Positions 60,610 through 64,000 of a DNA stretch of 64,000 bases are shown piece by piece. How positions within the stretch are numbered: the stretch's first letter is position 1; each line of letters opens with the position of its first letter. Origin of the DNA: Camelus dromedarius (taxonomy: Eukaryota); the NCBI RefSeq assembly GCF_036321535.1, contig NC_087462.1:17546001-17610000 (forward strand), written 5' to 3'. The notes below the pieces were generated by a model. The model searched no databases. It was not told the DNA's origin and saw nothing but the letters and a program-made list of their open reading frames with translations. Position numbers and translations under genes: made by a program.

Positions 60610-60626
60610 TGGCCAGGAGGTGGCAG
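60610..60626 (+). promoter_or_regulatory. Candidate CTCF binding site (forward orientation)
   Basis: TGGCCAGGAGGTGGCAG differs from TGGCCASYAGRKGGCRS at one position. Confidence 0.5.
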
Positions 60627-62474
60627 GGCAGAGACACTGCACGAGACTGAGGCCCAAAGGGACGGACCAGGATGCTGAGCCCAGGCCCTGCATCCCTGCC
60701 CAGGAAGAAGCGGGGCCACCACCCGTCTGGGCTGAGCGAAACTTCAGTGTTCCCCGTGTTACTACTGGGGGCCAGCTCCTCTGCATACTTTGCCGGGTTC
60801 AGTGAAGTCCTTCTCAAAGAATGTGCCCCACATCCAGGGTCCGGGGCAAGGGGAAGCTTCCAGGCCTGGGCAATAGGGAAGGATCCTGAAAGGTAGTTTG
60901 CATCACCCTGGGAGGAAGGCAGGAGGAAGAGCATGCTGGAGACTGCTGCCGGTGAGGGATGGGCCGCATGCCTCCCTTTCTCTTCTCCCCAGACTGCATG
61001 GTCCACCCGAGCATCCCGCCTGCCCTGTCCGGGGCCTTACACAGTGCCAGGCACATGGTGGGAGTTCAGTCACGGTCTGACTTGTAGCCATGCTATATGA
61101 GGCATAGGAGCAGCTGAGTGTCGTTTTTCGGATGTAGAGGAGAAAGTCAGAGAGGGGAGGGGGGCTCAGTTTGGAGCAGGCAGGATTTAGATGTAAAGTG
61201 AGCTCAGAGCTGGAGCCCGTGGGAGCTGCAGAAGGACACATGGCTGCAGGCAGCAGCTTTCTCTCCCCGGCTGCAAGAGATGACCATGGGGACGGGGCGA
61301 CACTTCACAGGTTTCGGTGGTGGAGTCCCCTTCTCTGGAGATTTTTAAGAAAAGGGGAATCTGACGGGAAAGTTTCAATGGACTGATCTGCTGTAAGGTG
61401 CAGGATGAGGGTTTCTTTTTTCCCATTAGCAGATATTTTCTTCTTGCCTGTTCTTGCTCCAGAATCGAACCCTAAAGGGAGACTAACACATAAAGCACAC
61501 AAAAGGAGTGAGTCCGGTTGAACGCGGACAAGACCGGAGCTTGGCGCTTTGGGCCACCCCCTGGTTGTCATTCTCTCCTCACAGGCATCTTGTGAGAACC
61601 CCAGGGCGCTGCTAACGTAAGTCTGGAAACCAGGTGAGGATGGCTGGCCAGGCCCCGAGGGTTTGGTCTCGGCTGGTCACCTGCTGGGTCGGTTCTGGAT
61701 TCGTCGTCCTGCGTGCTCAAGGGAGGAGTGCGGACTAGATTATACCTGCTGTTCTTCAGACTCCTCGGTGGAGCATGGGAAAAACCCAGACACCTATGCC
61801 CTGTCCCACATCTCCGGGATCGGAACTTCCTGAGGCAGGACCTGAGCATCCGTATTTTTTATAAGCATTTCTGGGGACTCTGAGGATCGGGACGGGGAGC
61901 CCCTGGACAGGCTGAGCTGTGAGAGTCCCTTCACTGGCAGCAGTTCCGAGGCTCTGCAGCCCTGCTTTTACCCCTGAGCAAACTCGATCGGGTTTGGTTA
62001 CGCCAAGCTTCCCTCCCTATAACGTGTCCCCAGAGCACAAGCCCCAGAAAGTCCAGGCAGACATGGGGCCCATTCAGCATCTCCATGGGGATTCCGAGAG
62101 GAACCGTGCCGTGAGAAATACAAAGCGACGGGGTCATGCATGAGGGCTCGTATCTGTCGTATGTCACCCACGTGTGGCTCCGTGAAGCTCCAGTCCCTGG
62201 GACATGCCACAGGGATGTTCCTGCTCCTGTGACAGCCAGCGCATCCTCTGGAGAAGGCATCTGTTGAGAATCCTTCAAAAGCATGTGCCATGACTGTATA
62301 CACGGGGCCAAAAATAGCTGACCGGATTGGGCTAAAAAAAATCAAAGTGCCAGCGTGGAGGGGAATCTTTGCCAGAGTTAGGTACAGATGTCAGCGGGTA
62401 AGGCAGTCATAGCTAGTTAAAACTGCCCTAGACAATCCCTTAAACCTGTCACATGCACATGTTGATCCACAGAG

Positions 62475-62700
62475 CTGTGTGGCAAGACTTTTTCTTAAAG
62501 GGCCAGATGGTCAACATTCTAGGCTTTGTGGGTCAGTCTCTGTCANNNNNNNNNNNNNNNNNNNNNNNNNNNNNNNNNNNNNNNNNNNNNNNNNNNNNNN
62601 NNNNNNNNNNNNNNNNNNNNNNNNNNNNNNNNNNNNNNNNNNNNNNNNNNNNNNNNNNNNNNNNNNNNNNNNNNCTCCAGGGCACAGTTTGTCACCCTTG
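62475..62700. mobile_element. MER58A MITE with masked interior
   Basis: ggcaagactttttcttaaagggccagatggtcaacattctaggctttgtggg...cagtttgtcacccttg. Confidence 0.8.
62546..62674. other. N block (129 nt) inside MER58A
   Basis: Run of N. Confidence 1.
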
Positions 62701-64000
62701 ATTATAGACTATAATAGAAGGAAAGACCTATTTTACAAAAAGTATCTGTCGCCAAGCTCCCCGCACAAGGCCGTGGCGTAGGGAAGAGGAGCAGACTCGT
62801 GGTTCCCGACTCAGACTCTCCAGGCCACACGTCGGCCAGAACGGCAGGTGAAATCGCCCAGTTTGAAAGGGCGTGTTTGCCTCTCGTTGCTCAGCACACA
62901 GAGGTCAGTTCCGTAAGCTGATGATCACCCTTCATAACCCAACATGTAAATATAAAACCACCAAGCCTGTTTTTTTTTTTTTTTTCCTAATTTCAGTGAG
63001 TTATGCCCCATCCTAGAGGCTTAGACGATGGGGCATCGAAAGCACAGGTGGCCGCAGGAGGGAAATACGAGAGAAGTCGGGTTCTGCCCCTTTATCTCGG
63101 CCGATGGCAGTCGCCCGGAGAAAAACCCGCCCCAGCGCAGGGGATTAGGTACGAGCAGCTATAGGTGTGGGAGATGGGGGCGTGGGTTTTCTTTCTGTGC
63201 ACACTGGGCAAGCGAATAGCGCCACTCTGTTCTTTTGTAACGGTCAAAGTGCATGCGTTCTTGTGACGGGCTTAGAATGACTTAATGTCAACACTGGTTA
63301 AGGCAAGAGTGATTCCCAGCTGTGAACAGTGCTTATGAAGAAAAATATCACTGCAGGCAATAGGAAGGAGCCACGTCGCCTGATGGGAAAGTCCAAGAAA
63401 TGAGCTCCTGGCTTACTCCTTAGAGAAGAGCGCCCTCCATAAAAAGGGGATCCAGCTGACTAGGGGGCCGACCCCTGGCCTGGCCTGGCCTGTCACTCTA
63501 TCTATCCCTGCAAAACTGTCTCATGAAGACGGACCTTCACCAAAGGAAGATGCAGAGCCAAGGGGACAGACTTGTGACTGAAGGTTGTAGGCACACAAGG
63601 CTGTTATGGTCTCACGGGAGACACACCGCACAGCCCTGCTGGAAGGTCACCGGGGACGTCCCTCATCCCTGACTCCCTTGTCCCTGTCTTCCAGGCTCAA
63701 CACTGGGAGATCCACCTCGCCCCAGTGCTCAAGCCTGTCTTGAATTTCCTGGTGTTTCTTGGGGAAGTAGGAGGCAGCCCCAAAGAGTTGGGAAATAGAT
63801 TTAATGAGAAATATTCCCCCAAAGTTCCCAAGTGCTGTGGATTATAAATGAGGCCATGAGTCACGGGGCCGCCTGTAATATTTTATAAGTGGTGCTAGAA
63901 AACCGCCTCTAATAAACTGGGGAGAAGATGGATCACCTTTCTGAAAAAGTGAAAAGGGATGTTGGAGGCATAAACATATGCAAAGACCGGATTTTGATCC

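Larger units (their letters stand above)
3121..64000 (-). other. SLIT3: 3' portion of the long SLIT3 intron upstream of this exon (intron 4 in human numbering)
   Basis: No further LRR-coding exon recognised in 61 kb. SLIT genes are known to have a very large intron at this position. Confidence 0.82.

Noticed and set aside
3121-64000. Recursive splice sites (AG|GTAAG) on the minus strand, e.g. near 15121, 33055 and 35862
   Set aside because: None has a convincing polypyrimidine tract; one lies in an old L1.
1-64000. SLIT-hosted miR-218 or other intronic ncRNA genes
   Set aside because: No miR-218 mature sequence or other recognisable ncRNA seen; from memory miR-218-2 lies in a much later intron.
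1-64000. CRISPR arrays, operons or other prokaryotic systems
   Set aside because: The sequence is mammalian intron; the direct repeats found are two-copy duplications, TSDs or microsatellites with no spacer architecture.

Overview
Mammalian genomic DNA, very probably a camelid (inferred from two tRNA-Ala-derived vic-1-type SINEs and cetartiodactyl-type L1 3' ends). The only protein-coding sequence I can support is one 72-bp exon on the minus strand (3049-3120). It encodes a single leucine-rich repeat, (L)[23 protein letters not shown](L), which I recognise as SLIT3, equivalent to human exon 5. Positions 3121-64000 are the 3' end of the very long preceding intron and 1-3048 the start of the next intron. 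The rest is interspersed repeats (MIR, L2, old and young L1, MER5/MER33/MER58/MER102, a Tigger1 derivative, MaLR/ERV LTRs), microsatellites and five N blocks. None of the supplied ORFs looks like a real gene. I found no convincing new biological system. The best leads are a young ERV1-type solo LTR with a duplicated 5' end and intact promoter motifs pointing antisense to SLIT3, a probable L1 3' transduction inside a MER5A, two good CTCF motifs, several intronic CpG-rich patches and an exact 70-bp tandem duplication. Repeat family names come from recalled consensus sequences, not a database search, and boundaries of old repeats are approximate.
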